Below are positions 63,572-64,000 of a stretch of 64,000 nt of DNA, one piece after another. Numbering within the stretch: position 1 is the stretch's first letter; each line of letters begins with the position of its first letter. Under the pieces are notes generated by a model that saw nothing but the letters and a program-made list of their open reading frames with translations, searched no databases and had not been told where the DNA came from. Source of the stretch: Cyanobacteria bacterium J06626_4 (GTDB lineage: Bacteria > Cyanobacteriota > Cyanobacteriia > Phormidesmidales > Phormidesmidaceae); contig JBCBJQ010000011.1 of the NCBI GenBank assembly GCA_038523235.1, positions 40,948 to 104,947 of the forward strand, written 5' to 3'. The position numbers and the translations under genes are program-made.

Positions 63572-64000
63572 CAGGTAGGGTTGATGTCAAGTCTGATTTG
63601 AGGTTGATGTCATGCCTCGTTCTTCAAATATCCGAGACCATGTCCGCCCTCGCAACCAGCCCTACCTGCAAAACGAGGTGATTGAAGAGCGCCTCCAGCA
63701 GTTGCTATCACCTGTGGTGTACAGCCAATTGGGCCTCTACCGACAGTGCGGGCATCGCGCGCGGATTCTGACGCTGCCGTTGATGATGGCAGTGGTGCTG
63801 ACGTTGATCTGGCGGCAGGTTCCCTCGGTGGCGGAACTGACCCGTGTTCTGGAACGGGAAGAGCTGCTGTGGGCGAAAGCGACTAAAGTGACGCAGAAGG
63901 CACTTTCGAAGCGGTTTCTGGAAGCTGTTCAAACGCGTGTTTCAAGACCTGCTCGGGCCGATGCGAGCGCGCTGGCAAGAGCGCCAACACCGCCTCCTGC
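63572..64000 (+). mobile_element. IS4-family insertion sequence, left end with frameshifted transposase (continues past window)
   Basis: Candidate left end CAGGTAGGGTTGATGTCAAG; ATG 63612 gives ...RILTLPLMMAVVLTLIWRQVPSVAEL...ALSKRFL, continuing in another frame as KLFKRVFQDLL...RW. Confidence 0.78.

Larger units (their letters stand above)
1..64000. repeat. HIP1 octamer (GCGATCGC) dispersed at high density
   Basis: Many copies in genes and spacers (e.g. 7863, 9474, 24681); not counted exactly. Confidence 0.9.

Noticed and set aside
1..64000. Numerous antisense or overlapping 60-190 aa ORFs in the track
   Set aside because: They are shadow frames of well-supported genes in GC-rich DNA, with no recognisable motifs.

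Overview
This is a 64 kb chromosomal window from a filamentous, non-heterocystous cyanobacterium, probably Leptolyngbya/Nodosilinea/Halomicronema-like (abundant HIP1 GCGATCGC octamers and lineage-type PsaA/PsaL). It is mostly core genome: psaA-psaB-psaL-psaI, petM-ycf39, pilD, leuB, mltA, sbcD, the rpmJ-rpsM-rpsK-rpoA-rplQ-truA-rplM-rpsI-rpmE-prfA block, psb27, pgi, csaB, sigD and proS. Three short genes missing from the ORF track (psaI, petM, rpmJ) were read directly from the DNA. Accessory elements are small: a nested MITE/REP stack at 4.4-4.9 kb, an orphan mrr nuclease, a miniature inverted-repeat element beside a decayed BON-domain gene, and a frameshifted IS4-type transposase at the right edge. 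The best candidate for an under-described system is a TetR regulator fused to a catalytically degenerate tyrosine-recombinase domain. It is divergent from a delta-9 desaturase, and a GCAAGT-N3-ACTTGC palindrome occurs twice in the shared promoter region and once inside the desaturase ORF. No CRISPR array, rRNA or tRNA was seen. Family assignments come from motif recognition, not database searches.
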